From: Cenarchaeum sp.
Lineage (GTDB): Archaea > Thermoproteota > Nitrososphaeria > Nitrososphaerales > Nitrosopumilaceae
DNA: 64,000 nt
Direction of reading: 5' to 3'
Assembly: GCA_965242695.1 (NCBI GenBank)
Contig: CBDESU010000002.1
Coordinates: 1,376,001 to 1,440,000, forward strand
The notes beneath the pieces are model-generated. The model saw nothing but the letters and a program-made list of their open reading frames with translations. It did not search any database and was not told where the DNA came from. A program made the position numbers and the translations under genes. This document shows positions 28,820 to 38,984 of the stretch, one piece after another. Position 1 is the stretch's first letter; every line of letters starts with the position of its first letter.

Positions 28820-30459
28820 CGGGCGGGGGAGCGGGGGGCGGAACCGGCGCGCCGCCGGCCGCCGCCATGGCCTCGCCCGCGGCCCGCATCGAGTCGACCG
28901 CGGCCGTAGTCGACCTCGGGTCCAACTCGGTAAAGGTCTCGTGCTACCACATACACGCCGACGGCACGTACAAGCCGTACCACTCGGTCGGCGCCAAGAC
29001 GATGCTCGCCGACGGCCTCAACGAGACGGGGTTCCTCGGCGAGGAGCCGATGAGGCGCGCCGTCGAGGCCCTGCGGCTCTGCCGCGACGTGGTAAGCCAC
29101 CACTCGATCCCGCGCGTGCTGCCGATTGCGACGGCGGCCGTGCGCGAGGCCGGCAACGGCGCCGAGTTCCTCGACGCGGTGCTCGGCGAGACGGGGCTGC
29201 GCTTTAGAGTCCTCACGGGCGAGGAAGAGGCGCTCTACTCGTACGCCGGGGCGATCCGCTCGCTGCGCCTCCCGTCGGTCGTATTCTTCGACATCGGCGG
29301 GGGCAGCCTAGAGCTGGTGTCCACCTCGGGCCACTCCATCCGCCGCGTCATGTCGCTGCCGCTCGGCGCGCTGCGGCTCACGCAGATGCACGCCAGCCGG
29401 CGCTCCGAGTTCACGGGGAGGTCGTTTGAGCTGCTAGAGTCGCACGTGCGCTCGTCGCTGCCCTCGCCGGGCGAGCTCGGCATCGACCGAGGCCGGGCCG
29501 TCCTGGTCGGCGCCGGCGGGGCCGTCCGCAGCCTTGCAAAGCACGACCAGGCGCTGCGCCGGTACCCGTTCGCAAAGGCGCACAACTACCGCCTGGCGGC
29601 CGGGTCGGTCTCGGAGATGACCGAGCGCCTTGCCCTGCTGCGCCCCCACGAGATAGCCGAGATCGAGTCGCTCGCGCGCGGCCGCGCCGAGATCATAACG
29701 GCCGGCGCATGCGTCGTCAACGTCGTCATGGACAGGTACGGGTTCGGCGAGCTCGTCGTGAGCGCGCAGGGCCTCCGCGAGGGCACGCTCGCCGCCTCGC
29801 TGGACTTTCCGCGGGCGTTCGGAGGCGGCGGGGGCGGCGCCGGCGGGGGCGGGCCCGGGGCGTCCATGCCCCACGCAGCCGAGATCGAGGCGTCCGTGCG
29901 GGCCGCCTGCGGCGCCGACGGCCTGCCCGCGGCGGCCGCCGCCGTGGCCGACCCGCTGATCGCCGCCGGCGCCCTGGACGCGCGACTGCGCCCCGTCCTG
30001 GCCCACTCGCTGCGGTACATGTCCATGTTTACGTCGCTGCGCAACATCGAGAATGTAATCCACCTGGTGCTCGACGAGGACAGCGCCCTGTCGCACCAGG
30101 AGCAGCTCGTCTCGGCACTGGCAATCATACACACGCGCAAGAAGCGGCGCGCGCGCATCCTGGCGGCGCGCTACTCGGGGATGCTCGGCGGAGCGGACGT
30201 CTCGGCACCTGTCCGACGCGTCGGTGCGCTCGCCGAGCTGTGCGACGTGCTGCTCGCGACCGGCGCGCACCCTGCGGTGTCGGTGCGCGGCGGGGGCGGA
30301 AGCGGCAAGGGGCGGCGCCGGCGGGCCTCTGTGCGCATCGAGCTGCCGCCGGCGGGCCGCGACTTTCCCCGCGTGATGCTCGCCGAGGCATGCTCGGCGG
30401 TGTCCGCGGCGTTCGGCATGGACGTGGTCCAGTCCTGCCCTGCAACCGAGGCCCTGTAG
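28816..30459 (+). CDS. ppx: Ppx/GppA exopolyphosphatase family protein
   Basis: ATG 28816; VVDLGSNS, ATAAVREA.N, GEEEA, DIGGGSLE, GLREG. Confidence 0.9.
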   Translation: MTGGGAGGGTGAPPAAAMASPAARIESTAAVVDLGSNSVKVSCYHIHADGTYKPYHSVGAKTMLADGLNETGFLGEEPMRRAVEALRLCRDVVSHHSIPRVLPIATAAVREAGNGAEFLDAVLGETGLRFRVLTGEEEALYSYAGAIRSLRLPSVVFFDIGGGSLELVSTSGHSIRRVMSLPLGALRLTQMHASRRSEFTGRSFELLESHVRSSLPSPGELGIDRGRAVLVGAGGAVRSLAKHDQALRRYPFAKAHNYRLAAGSVSEMTERLALLRPHEIAEIESLARGRAEIITAGACVVNVVMDRYGFGELVVSAQGLREGTLAASLDFPRAFGGGGGGAGGGGPGASMPHAAEIEASVRAACGADGLPAAAAAVADPLIAAGALDARLRPVLAHSLRYMSMFTSLRNIENVIHLVLDEDSALSHQEQLVSALAIIHTRKKRRARILAARYSGMLGGADVSAPVRRVGALAELCDVLLATGAHPAVSVRGGGGSGKGRRRRASVRIELPPAGRDFPRVMLAEACSAVSAAFGMDVVQSCPATEAL

Positions 30460-30683
30460 ACTGCCTGACGGGGCCCTGCCTAGCGCGGCAGCGGTGCTGT
30501 GCACCTGTCGGACCTAGGGCTTGGGGGACAGCGGAGCGGCTGCCGCCCTGCCCGCCCAAGTCGACAGGACCAGCCTGTAATGCCGTGTACGGCGGGAAGG
30601 CGCCGCCTCGCGCATAGCGGCCGCAGATTGTGCACGACCCAAATCCGGCCCGCTTATAAGTAACGCCGGCGCAGGCCTGCTGA

Positions 30684-30905
30684 ATGAAGCAGGTCGGCAG
30701 GAGGCAGGGGGGCGGGATCGGCGACATGAGCGTAGCAGAGGTGCTTCGCTTCTACCGCGACTTCAAGAAGCTCAAGGAGGAGGCGGGCATACCCCCGTAC
30801 GACCCAAAGGACAAGGATGCGATCCGCAGGGGGTTTTATGGGGACGGCTATGGCATGTCTCTGAAGGACATTGAAAGGTCAAGGGAAGCCCGCCGGCCAG
30901 ACTAG
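30684..30905 (+). CDS. Small hypothetical protein
   Basis: 73 aa; CTTATAAG ~25 nt upstream; protein-like composition. Confidence 0.5.
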   Translation: MKQVGRRQGGGIGDMSVAEVLRFYRDFKKLKEEAGIPPYDPKDKDAIRRGFYGDGYGMSLKDIERSREARRPD

Positions 30906-30944
30906 CCAAAGCGCCGGCGACGCGCCCATGTCCAGGGCTCGGAC

Positions 30945-31542
30945 ATGCTAGGGCGCGTTCAGGACAAGCGCAAGCGGAGGTTGCTCGTCGTTGCCAATCA
31001 CAGATTCATGAATAGGGCCGTCGCTCACGAGGCGGTCAAACTGCTACGGCGAATGGGCGGCATTGAGAGCTTGGACGTGATTCTGGAGTCGAGCGGCGGA
31101 GGTGCCGATGCGGCCTGCAAGACGCTCACAGTCATAAGGTCGTGCGCGAAGGACACCGCCATCATCGTGCCGTTTTACACAAAAAGCGCCGCCACGCTGA
31201 TTGCGCTGGGGGGGCGACAGTCTGATCCTTTGCAAGGGCGGAGAGCTTGGTCCCATGGATCCGCAAGTGCTGGACACCATTACGAATTACTATGTCCCGG
31301 CCAGCTCGATAAAAGAGACCGCGGATTTTTTGGAAGACCTAGAAGATCCACTTATCAAGGCTTCCCTGACGGACAAGATTCCGACATTGATGGTGGCAGC
31401 ATACAAGGCGGCGGCCATGCCGCGCGCAGGCCTCGGGCAGCGGGAGCGCATGCGCACGACATATGAAACAACACGGGCCAGTTTGGGGGAAGCGGCAACG
31501 CGCTCACGCTGGCGCAAGAGCAGGCGATATTTGGGTCCTTGA
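30945..31542 (+). pseudogene. Frameshifted, truncated ClpP-class serine protease (SDH_sah-like)
   Basis: LDVILESSGG, KSAATLIALG then GELGPMDPQ in another frame; removing one G from G7 (31208-31214) restores the frame; C-terminus degenerate. Confidence 0.75.
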
Positions 31543-31974
31543 CCTGCGTCTTGGCGGGCCCCGACGTCAGGCTGCTTCCCGTGGTCGTCGACAAGCGCGG
31601 CCGCGGAGGGCGCGAGCCGAGGCGCATGCCGCTTGCAGCGGCCTGGTCGGCCATGTTCAGGCACTTTGAGGGGCTGCTTGGCCTGCCCGGTGGCGAGTGC
31701 GGCCTGATTCTCGCTGATGCAGGCCGAAGGGCCGACGAGGCCGTGGCCCGCTCCGTCGTAGGGGGCATGGGGCGGGCAAGGATGGAGCAGGCGGGGCCAC
31801 GCGGGGGTCTTCGGCGTGATCCACATGGATTCGAGGCTTGGCGTGATGATCCATCTGGCCGACATTGCCGCCTACATCATACGCGAGCACTACCTGGTGG
31901 ACCCCATCTTTCAGGCATGGTGCGAGGCCGTCAGGGTGAGGCTTGACGCCGATCCCGCTGCACTGAGGCCCTGA
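31500..31974 (+). pseudogene. DUF3800-like remnant (frameshifted, 5' truncated)
   Basis: LPVVVDK...GLILAD in one frame, then MDSRLGVMIHLADIAAYII in another, resembling the DUF3800 C-terminal S...QLAD..AY motif. Confidence 0.5.
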
Positions 31975-32464
31975 AAAGCCGGGAGACGGGTACGCCAATA
32001 GGCGTAGAACCGCCCCCCTGCTGACTGCCCAGTCGCAGCCCGTGGCAGGACGGCGAAGGGGGCACCAATAAGCCTTGCCATGGCCATGTGATTTTTTTGG
32101 CGCACAAAAGGACACCTTGGCCGCAGAACCCAAAGCCGACGCGGGGGCACTGCCCTCCCGCGGCCCCTCCGGCGCCTGCGATGCAGTCCCGTAGCCTCTG
32201 CGATGCGAACCGCGTGGTGCGGGATGCCGCGGCAGCGGCATCCGCCGCCCGTTGCGCGCCGTGGACAGATAGTGCGCGCACGGGCTGCGCCTGCGCGCCG
32301 GCCGGCCGGCCGACCGACCGAGCTATGCGTGCACCCGCCGCCGACTCGCTGATCGCCTCTGGCGCCTTGGACGCGCGGCTGCGCCGCACGACCAAGCGGC
32401 ACGGCGGCCGATTGATGCCTTGGCGATCGGAATGGTTATGAGGGCGGTACGCGCCGTGCCGCAC

Positions 32465-33166
32465 ATGCAGGCATCGCAGGAGGTACGCGTGGCGGAGCGG
32501 CAGGCGGCCCGCGGCGGCGAGGCGGACGCTAGGGCCGAGGCCGCCAGGGCGGAGTTTCGCGACATGTTCGTGTCGCTAGTCGATCCAGCGGGCCTGCTCG
32601 ACATGGACAGGTGCTCCGAGACGGCCGGGCGCATGAGGGACGTGGCGTCGGGCGCCGGCTACGCCGCGGGCGAGACGATGGCCGCCGCCCTGTGCGACAT
32701 ATTTGCCGGCGCCCGGGACATCGTGAACAGGCCCGTCGAGGACGGTGCCTTGAACTGCACATACGTCGCGTTTCAGAGCATAATGCCGGCTCTGTATGAG
32801 ACGGCCGAGGCGTACCGGGACGGGCGCGACTCGGAGCCGGTCGGCGAGCTCGAGTGGGTTCGGGGGTCGATCTCCGACCTCAGGGCCACGGCGGACGCGC
32901 GCCGCGAGTACCTCGGGGGGGGGGGGGGGGGGGGGGCCGACCCGCCCGGATCCCGCCTCACGGGGCTGTCGGTGTACCACCGCGGCCAGATGTGCAGGGA
33001 CGTGGTAAGAAAGGAGCAGGAAAGGCTGCGTGCTTGGTTTGCGGCGCAGGGTGATGATCCGGTGTTCCCGCCAAAGTTTGTGTCCATCGACGAGTTCCTC
33101 AGCGAGTTTGGCGACACAAGCATCTCGTCGGCCGAGCTGCTCGACAAATTCAGGGGAAAGTCTTGA
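32465..33166 (+). CDS. PIN-associated protein, copy 1 (candidate antitoxin); contains a G22 tract
   Basis: ~233 aa helical protein, close paralogue of 34052-34738; directly upstream of a PIN gene. Confidence 0.7.
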   Translation: MQASQEVRVAERQAARGGEADARAEAARAEFRDMFVSLVDPAGLLDMDRCSETAGRMRDVASGAGYAAGETMAAALCDIFAGARDIVNRPVEDGALNCTYVAFQSIMPALYETAEAYRDGRDSEPVGELEWVRGSISDLRATADARREYLGGGGGGGADPPGSRLTGLSVYHRGQMCRDVVRKEQERLRAWFAAQGDDPVFPPKFVSIDEFLSEFGDTSISSAELLDKFRGKS

Positions 33167-33176
33167 CGGGCGTACG

Positions 33177-33791
33177 ATGGCTGGGCCGGAGGCGGTGCGG
33201 GACTTGGACGATCGCCCCATCATATACTCCGACACCGGCCCACTCGTGGCATATGCTAGGGGGAAAGCCGACACGCACCACGCCGACGCGGTCAGGGTAT
33301 TCAATGCCGTCAGGCGCAGCGGCTGCTGCCTGATCACCTCGCCGCAGGCCATTGCCGAGACCATAGGCGTTGTGCGCAAAAGAACGGCGGCATCGTACAA
33401 GTACAGGCCTGGCCACAGCGAGGATCTGCGGTACGTGGACGACCGCGTGCACGAGGCTACCTCCGGCGCAACCGGAATCCTCGACAACCTGAACAAGCAG
33501 GGCTTCTTGACAATCATGTACATACCGGACTGGCGCCTAGACCAGATCCGCGTATATTCCAAGATGATCGAGCACCCGGGCCGCACCGTTCCCGGGTGGA
33601 AAAACTTTTGCCGGCACCTCGGGATCGACGCGTGCGACTGGCCCCACTTCGCGTTCGCCGGGGTGCCGGCCATATGCACGACCGACACGGCGTTTGCCGA
33701 CATTGTCGGCAACGATGCCGAGTTCGGGCACCTCAAGGTCCAGCTGACAAGCGCGCCGCTCATCGACCTGCTGTCCGGCGGCGCCGCATGA
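33177..33791 (+). CDS. PIN-domain ribonuclease (VapC-like), copy 1
   Basis: IYSDTGPLVA, ITSPQAIAET, DACD, ICTTD..F acidic PIN motifs. Confidence 0.78.
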   Translation: MAGPEAVRDLDDRPIIYSDTGPLVAYARGKADTHHADAVRVFNAVRRSGCCLITSPQAIAETIGVVRKRTAASYKYRPGHSEDLRYVDDRVHEATSGATGILDNLNKQGFLTIMYIPDWRLDQIRVYSKMIEHPGRTVPGWKNFCRHLGIDACDWPHFAFAGVPAICTTDTAFADIVGNDAEFGHLKVQLTSAPLIDLLSGGAA

Positions 33792-34051
33792 CGCGGCTTT
33801 GCGGCGCGCGCGGCTGCGCCAACCCTCTGCAGCGAGGGCAGCCCGTGGACTATGGGCATTTCGCGGCCCCGTTCGCAGTCGATACAAGCCCCGTTGCAGC
33901 CCCCGCCATCCTGCCTTTCTGTGCCCCCCTCGCACGTGCTGGCACCTGTCCATGTGCCGCAATGCCCCGATGCCGACGCGCGGCGCGCCTGCCCCGCGCG
34001 CCACCTTGACGATCCGCACGACTTATAACGCCCGCATGTGCCGCCGCGCAC

Positions 34052-34738
34052 ATGCAGGCAGCGCAGGAGGCGCGCATGGCGGAGCGGCAGGCGGCCCGCG
34101 GCGGCGGAGCGGACGCTAGGGCCGAGGCCGCTAGGGCGGAGTTTCGCGACATGTTCGTGTCTCTCGTCGATCCCGCGGGCCTGCTCGACATGGACAGGTG
34201 CTCCGAGACGGCCATGCGGATGAGGGACATGGCATCGGGCGCCGGCTATGCCGCGGGCGAGACGATGGCCGCCGCCCTGTGCGACATATTTGCCGGCGCC
34301 AAGGACATCGTGAACAGGCCCGTCGAGGACGGCGCCCTGCACTCCACGCATGTCGCGTTTCAAAACATAATGCCGGCGCTGTACGAGACGGCCGAGGCGT
34401 ACCGGGACGGACGCGGCTCGGAGCCGGTCGGCGAGCTGAAGAGGATTCGGGATACGGTCTTCCGCCTCAGGGCCACGGCGGACGCGCGCCGCGAGTACCT
34501 CAGGGGCGCCGACCCTCCAGGATCCCGCCTTACGGGGCTGTCGGTGTACCACCGCGGCCAGATATGCAGGGACGTGGTAAGAAAGGAGCAGGAAGCGCTG
34601 CGCGCTAGGTCTGTGGAGCGGGGCGAGGATCCGGTGTTCCCGCCCCCGCCGAAGCACATCGACGAGTTCTTCGGCGAGCCGTGCGACCCGGGCATCTCGT
34701 CGGCCGAGATGGTCGACGACTACAGGGGAAAGCTATGA
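34052..34738 (+). CDS. PIN-associated protein, copy 2 (candidate antitoxin)
   Basis: 228 aa; CTTATAA box upstream; stop overlaps the PIN ATG (ATGA). Confidence 0.7.
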   Translation: MQAAQEARMAERQAARGGGADARAEAARAEFRDMFVSLVDPAGLLDMDRCSETAMRMRDMASGAGYAAGETMAAALCDIFAGAKDIVNRPVEDGALHSTHVAFQNIMPALYETAEAYRDGRGSEPVGELKRIRDTVFRLRATADARREYLRGADPPGSRLTGLSVYHRGQICRDVVRKEQEALRARSVERGEDPVFPPPPKHIDEFFGEPCDPGISSAEMVDDYRGKL

Positions 34739-35373
34739 CGAGCGTGAAATGGCCGAGGCCGGAGGCGGTGCAAGGGTTGGGCGATGGCTCTTCACTATAC
34801 TCCGACACCGGCCCACTCGTGGCGTATGCTAGGGGAAAAGTCGACATGCACCACACCGGCACGGTCAGGGTATTTGATGCCGCCAAGCGCAGTGATTTTC
34901 GCCTGATCACCTCGCCGCAGGCCATTGCCGAGACCATAGGCGTTGTGCGCAAAAGAACGGCGGTATCATACAGGTACAGGCCGGGGCACGGCGAAGATCT
35001 GCGGTACGTAGACGGCATCGTGCGCGAGGCGGTCGCCAACGCAGTCAAACTCCTCGATAACTTGGTCCGGCAAGGCTTCCTGACCGTAGTGCACATACCC
35101 GGCTGGCACCTCGACCAGCTTCGGATATATTCCAAGATGATCGAGCACCCAGGCCGCACCGTCACCGGACGTGGTAAGTTCTGTCGGCACCTCGGGATCG
35201 ACGCGTGCGACTGGCCCCAGATCGCGTTCGCAGACGCCGCCGGCGCGTCGGCCATATGCACGACCGACACGGCGTTTGCCGACATTGTCGGCAACGATGC
35301 CGAGTTCGGGCACCTCAAGGTCCAGCTGACAAGCGCGCCGCTCATCGACCTGCTGTCCGGCGGCGCCGCATGA
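34735..35373 (+). CDS. PIN-domain ribonuclease (VapC-like), copy 2
   Basis: Same motifs as copy 1; ATG 34735. Confidence 0.78.
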   Translation: MTSVKWPRPEAVQGLGDGSSLYSDTGPLVAYARGKVDMHHTGTVRVFDAAKRSDFRLITSPQAIAETIGVVRKRTAVSYRYRPGHGEDLRYVDGIVREAVANAVKLLDNLVRQGFLTVVHIPGWHLDQLRIYSKMIEHPGRTVTGRGKFCRHLGIDACDWPQIAFADAAGASAICTTDTAFADIVGNDAEFGHLKVQLTSAPLIDLLSGGAA

Positions 35374-35840
35374 TGCGGCTTCGCGGCGCGCGCGGCTACG
35401 CTAGGACGCCCCGCGGGCGGGCGGCAAAGGCAGAGGTTGATGCGGCTCAAGATTGGAAGCGTCGAGTGATTCTGAATGAGTATCAAGCGCGGCTCTGATG
35501 CCTGACGCCGGGCACCGTCGGGATGGACACTGCCGCTGGGGTACTTGCCACCGGCAGGGCGCCTCCCCTCCGCCCGGGCCGCGCCCAGCGCGGCGTGCCA
35601 CCGGCTGCCCTTCTTCCTTGCGCCGTGTGCTGGACGCGGCCGCGGTTCATGGCCGCCATGCGGAGGGCCTGCGCATGACACATCCTGTACTCGCATGCTT
35701 GTTCTCCCGTTCGCCACCGGCGAGACGGGCCACGCCTCGCCGAGGCGCCCCGCCGCCACCGCCGCCCCCTCCCCCGTGACCGATCTCCCGCAAACCTCCT
35801 TCGGGCGCCCTTTTTATAGAGGGGGACGGGCGGGAACCCA

Positions 35841-36362
35841 ATGGCAGTATGCCGTGTTGTAGTAAAGGTAGAGGCGGAATACAAGGATCGCATCGAGGAC
35901 TGTGTCAAAAGGGCGTACCCGAAGTCGTCTCTGGTGCGCCTTGAGCGGGCGGGCGATGACGCCTATGCCACGTTCCACATAAGGACGCGTGAGACCTGCA
36001 ACTCTGTCGATGCGCGCCTGCACGGCACGAGAGGCATCTCCGTCCTGTCCGTCTCAAGCGTCCGTGCCGAGGTGCCGCCGCGCCTGAGGATGAGGTCGTT
36101 CTGGGTGGTGGCCGCAATGTCTGCGGCGTGGGCGGGGTTCTTCGCCGTTGGCGTTTTTCTCCCTGACAGCCCCCTGCTGGCACTGAACCAGGCGCAGATG
36201 CTAGTGATCCAGATTACCTTCTCCCTTGCGGTGGCCCTAGTCGTGTACACGCGCGATCGCGAGTTCCTTGCCCGCTTGGCGGAGCGCATGGACAAGGCCT
36301 ATTTCCTGGTCCACGAGATCAACGAGCGCATCAGGGGCTTGGGCGAGGGCGGGCGCTGCTAG
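35841..36362 (+). CDS. Membrane protein with N-terminal ferredoxin/ACT-like domain and 2 TM helices
   Basis: TTTTTATA box upstream; hydrophobic FWVVAAMSAAWAGFFAVGVF and MLVIQITFSLAVALVVY. Confidence 0.6.
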   Translation: MAVCRVVVKVEAEYKDRIEDCVKRAYPKSSLVRLERAGDDAYATFHIRTRETCNSVDARLHGTRGISVLSVSSVRAEVPPRLRMRSFWVVAAMSAAWAGFFAVGVFLPDSPLLALNQAQMLVIQITFSLAVALVVYTRDREFLARLAERMDKAYFLVHEINERIRGLGEGGRC

Positions 36363-36711
36363 CGCTAAGAATACGCTTGATCTCGTCGTTGAACCGCTTG
36401 GCCACGCCGTGCACATCGGCGATCATGTCCCTGTCCCAAGTGACGCCGCTGGCCATGTCGGCCTTGAGGCGGAGTTCGTACAGGTAGCCCAACCTGTCGC
36501 CCAGCCTCCGATCCATCTTCTGCACAAAGCACATGGCGATGCCGTGCAGCCTGTCGTCGTCGGGCACGGCACTTCCGAGGTACGGCTTCACCGTCAGCAA
36601 TGAGGAATAGTAGCACCTGCTGACGGCTGCTCTCACTCCTGCCTCGTTACTCATCCCTTTGTCCCCGTGGATTTTCACAGCGATCTTGAGGTTCTCGTCG
36701 GGGTCAAACAT
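36331..36711 (-). CDS. HEPN-domain protein
   Basis: RAAVSRCYYS, conserved H (DRLHG), LYELRLKADM (R..ADY-like). Confidence 0.75.
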   Translation of the reverse strand: MFDPDENLKIAVKIHGDKGMSNEAGVRAAVSRCYYSSLLTVKPYLGSAVPDDDRLHGIAMCFVQKMDRRLGDRLGYLYELRLKADMASGVTWDRDMIADVHGVAKRFNDEIKRILSASSARPRPSP

Positions 36712-37366
36712 ACCTGCTCCCCAAGCTTATGAAGAACCGGCTGTCGATGCCCCTCATCTCGTCCCCGCCGCCGTCCCGAAGCGGCACGATGCGCTCGTCC
36801 ACTATGCGGCGCATTTCGCCCCACGCGTCAATCTTTGCATCGATGCCGCGATCGGAAAACCACACTGTGAGGGTGATGGGAGTCCACTGCGAGCCTTCGG
36901 AGCGCTCGTCGATCGTGTATTTTTCGACGCCGAGCCTCGTAGCGCGCGGCGATCGGCATGCACGGATCACCGCGTCGACAAACCTCTCGTACGCGGCGCT
37001 GCCGCTGACCCTCTCTCTGAGCGCCGCCCCCACTTCCACGTCTGGCACGGCGCCTGGCTGGGCGGCCTTGTAGAGGAGCGCAACCATTTCCTTCCATTCT
37101 GCATTGTTTGTGACGTGGCGGTGGGGGACATACAGCGACGACGACATGTCATCAAAAACGGTGTCGGGTGTATCGCTTGGTGGCGCGGCGCGGATGTGCC
37201 CATGATCCCGCCCGACGCTTTTTCGCAATTCGCTTCCTGACCTCCAAGGGACGCGCGAAGTAGCGCTAGGGCCCATTGCACTTGCGACGGGAGCGCATGT
37301 GTCGCAGTTAGGATCCTCCTCGCCCCATACCAGGGCAAGCCCCGTAGAGGCGGCGCGGCTAGCCAT
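36704..37366 (-). CDS. Hypothetical protein upstream of HEPN (candidate antitoxin/partner)
   Basis: 220 aa; overlaps both neighbours; C-terminal domain paralogous to 40834-41235 and 45343-45744. Confidence 0.65.
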   Translation of the reverse strand: MASRAASTGLALVWGEEDPNCDTCAPVASAMGPSATSRVPWRSGSELRKSVGRDHGHIRAAPPSDTPDTVFDDMSSSLYVPHRHVTNNAEWKEMVALLYKAAQPGAVPDVEVGAALRERVSGSAAYERFVDAVIRACRSPRATRLGVEKYTIDERSEGSQWTPITLTVWFSDRGIDAKIDAWGEMRRIVDERIVPLRDGGGDEMRGIDSRFFISLGSRYV

Positions 37367-37976
37367 CCACTACACCGTCCCCGAACTTGTCGCGCATGGC
37401 CTTGATTTCGACCTTTAGGGCGTCTATCCCAGACTGGATGTCCCTCACAACGGCCTGCGCGTCTGCGAGGCTCATCTGCATCTTCACCGGGCGCTCCGGA
37501 GCGCGCCCGCCCTCGTGGACGAGGCAGTCGACGACCAGTAGCGGGACAAGGCGCTTGATCGTCGAGTCCGAGGACAGCGGCCTGAATTCGGTGTAGACGC
37601 TGAAGCGCCCGATGTGGGGATGGCCAACGCTGCCGATGGTGCTGAGGGTCAGGTTCTCTTTCATCTTGTCGGCGTCGGCCGCACCGCGCATTTTCTCGGC
37701 GATGCGGGACAAGAGGGCACGCTTGTCGCCGTCGTCCAGGCCCGCGCCAGAATCCACGTCGCGACGGGCCCCGTCGTTGATCTTGGTCATGAGGAGATCC
37801 AAGTAAAGCCTGGCAAGGCGGTCAAGATCGGCGTCGGTAAAGGACTGGCCAATAATCTCCCTCATCTGCCCGAAGTCGGGGCGGTGTAGCAAGAGGCCCT
37901 CGTCGAACATCTCCGCAAGCCGCTCGGCCTGCTCCTGCGACAGCCTGCTGAAGATGCGGATGCCCCTGCTGTCCAT
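37359..37976 (-). CDS. Hypothetical protein, first gene of the HEPN operon
   Basis: 205 aa; ATTTATAG box ~25 nt upstream; 8-bp overlap with the next gene. Confidence 0.65.
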   Translation of the reverse strand: MDSRGIRIFSRLSQEQAERLAEMFDEGLLLHRPDFGQMREIIGQSFTDADLDRLARLYLDLLMTKINDGARRDVDSGAGLDDGDKRALLSRIAEKMRGAADADKMKENLTLSTIGSVGHPHIGRFSVYTEFRPLSSDSTIKRLVPLLVVDCLVHEGGRAPERPVKMQMSLADAQAVVRDIQSGIDALKVEIKAMRDKFGDGVVDG

Positions 37977-38434
37977 GCCCCGTGCCGCTCCACGGCGCTA
38001 TAAATCGGTGTCGGCCGCAGCGGGTGCGCCGGCGCGGCACCTTGGAGGGATCAGGACGGTTCCCTAGCGGAGGCGGCCCGCTGGCGCCTTGGCACGCCTA
38101 GATTGCGGCGCATTCCGCCTCGCGCAAGGCGCCCACTGCCGGCGACAATGCAGGGGCGGGCGCAGCGGAGATCACGGTGGGGCGGGCGCAGGCCTTCATG
38201 CCTGTAGATGCGCCGCCTGCCGGCGCTGCCTGCAGCTCGGGGTTCCTCATACGGGCGACCCGCTAGCAGCGGACTAGCCATCTGCTCTTGGGATTGCTGG
38301 ACATGGTGGGTCCTCCACGAGATGTATGCTCGGGGCACGAGCCGTTCCTGCCAAAAAATACCCTGCGGCGGTCCAGAGGCCGCCGAGAGCGGCGGCGCAC
38401 CCGCGTTCGACCCCTGCCGCCTTGACCCTGATGG

Positions 38435-38545
38435 TCTATAAGATCGGCGCGCGCCGCGCCGCACGTGCGGGCATCGCAGCGCATGGCGGAGCAGCAGGCC
38501 GCCGGCGGCGGCGCCGGGGCCGCAGGCGCCGAGGCCGCCGCGGCC
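38435..38545 (+). pseudogene. 5' remnant (promoter + N-terminus) of a third PIN-partner gene
   Basis: tataag...gccgcacgtgcgggcatcgcag..atggcggagcagcaggcc..gccgaggccgcc matches the starts at 32455 and 34042; ends at a G13 tract. Confidence 0.55.
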
Positions 38546-38768
38546 AAGCGGGGGGGGGGGGGTGGCGGGGCGATGGGGCCGGAACAGATCTCTAGCCGAT
38601 CCGAGGGCGGCGCGGCGGGGGTCGCCGCCGATGGGTCTCTTGCACCCGTCCCTGCGACCCTCGCCCGCCGCTGTTGGGCGTCGCCTGGCCTGTCGGCCTG
38701 TGCGCATGCTCTGCAAACGACGCTGAAGGGACGCAGTGTTATATACAACCGGCGTGCGCTGCGGCACA

Positions 38769-38984
38769 ATGGCTGAATCGAATTGGTCCGACGAGGACAC
38801 GCGCATCTGCGATGCGGCCATAGCCAGTGGCAAGGCGATCAGCGTAGCCACTGGCAGGCCGATGACGTTCAAGGAACTCCAGGCCCTGCACGACGAGTAC
38901 GGCAGGGTCAGGGGCAGCGTAGACCCGGAGGCCTTTGTCAGGGAGCGCGTTCGAACCGAGCCGTTTGGCAACTGGGCCTCTTGA
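38769..38984 (+). CDS. Small hypothetical protein
   Basis: MAESNWSDEDTRICDAAIASG...; TTATATA box ~25 nt upstream. Confidence 0.55.
   Translation: MAESNWSDEDTRICDAAIASGKAISVATGRPMTFKELQALHDEYGRVRGSVDPEAFVRERVRTEPFGNWAS

Noticed and set aside
6185-30727. Numerous long overlapping Arg/Ala/Pro-rich ORFs (e.g. 7799-9256, 11973-13607, 17619-18698, 29434-30504)
   Set aside because: Shadow ORFs from high GC, antisense or out of frame to recognisable genes
32576-35759. Long minus-strand ORFs (693 aa, 384 aa) over the PIN modules
   Set aside because: Antisense shadows of the plus-strand genes, with no motifs
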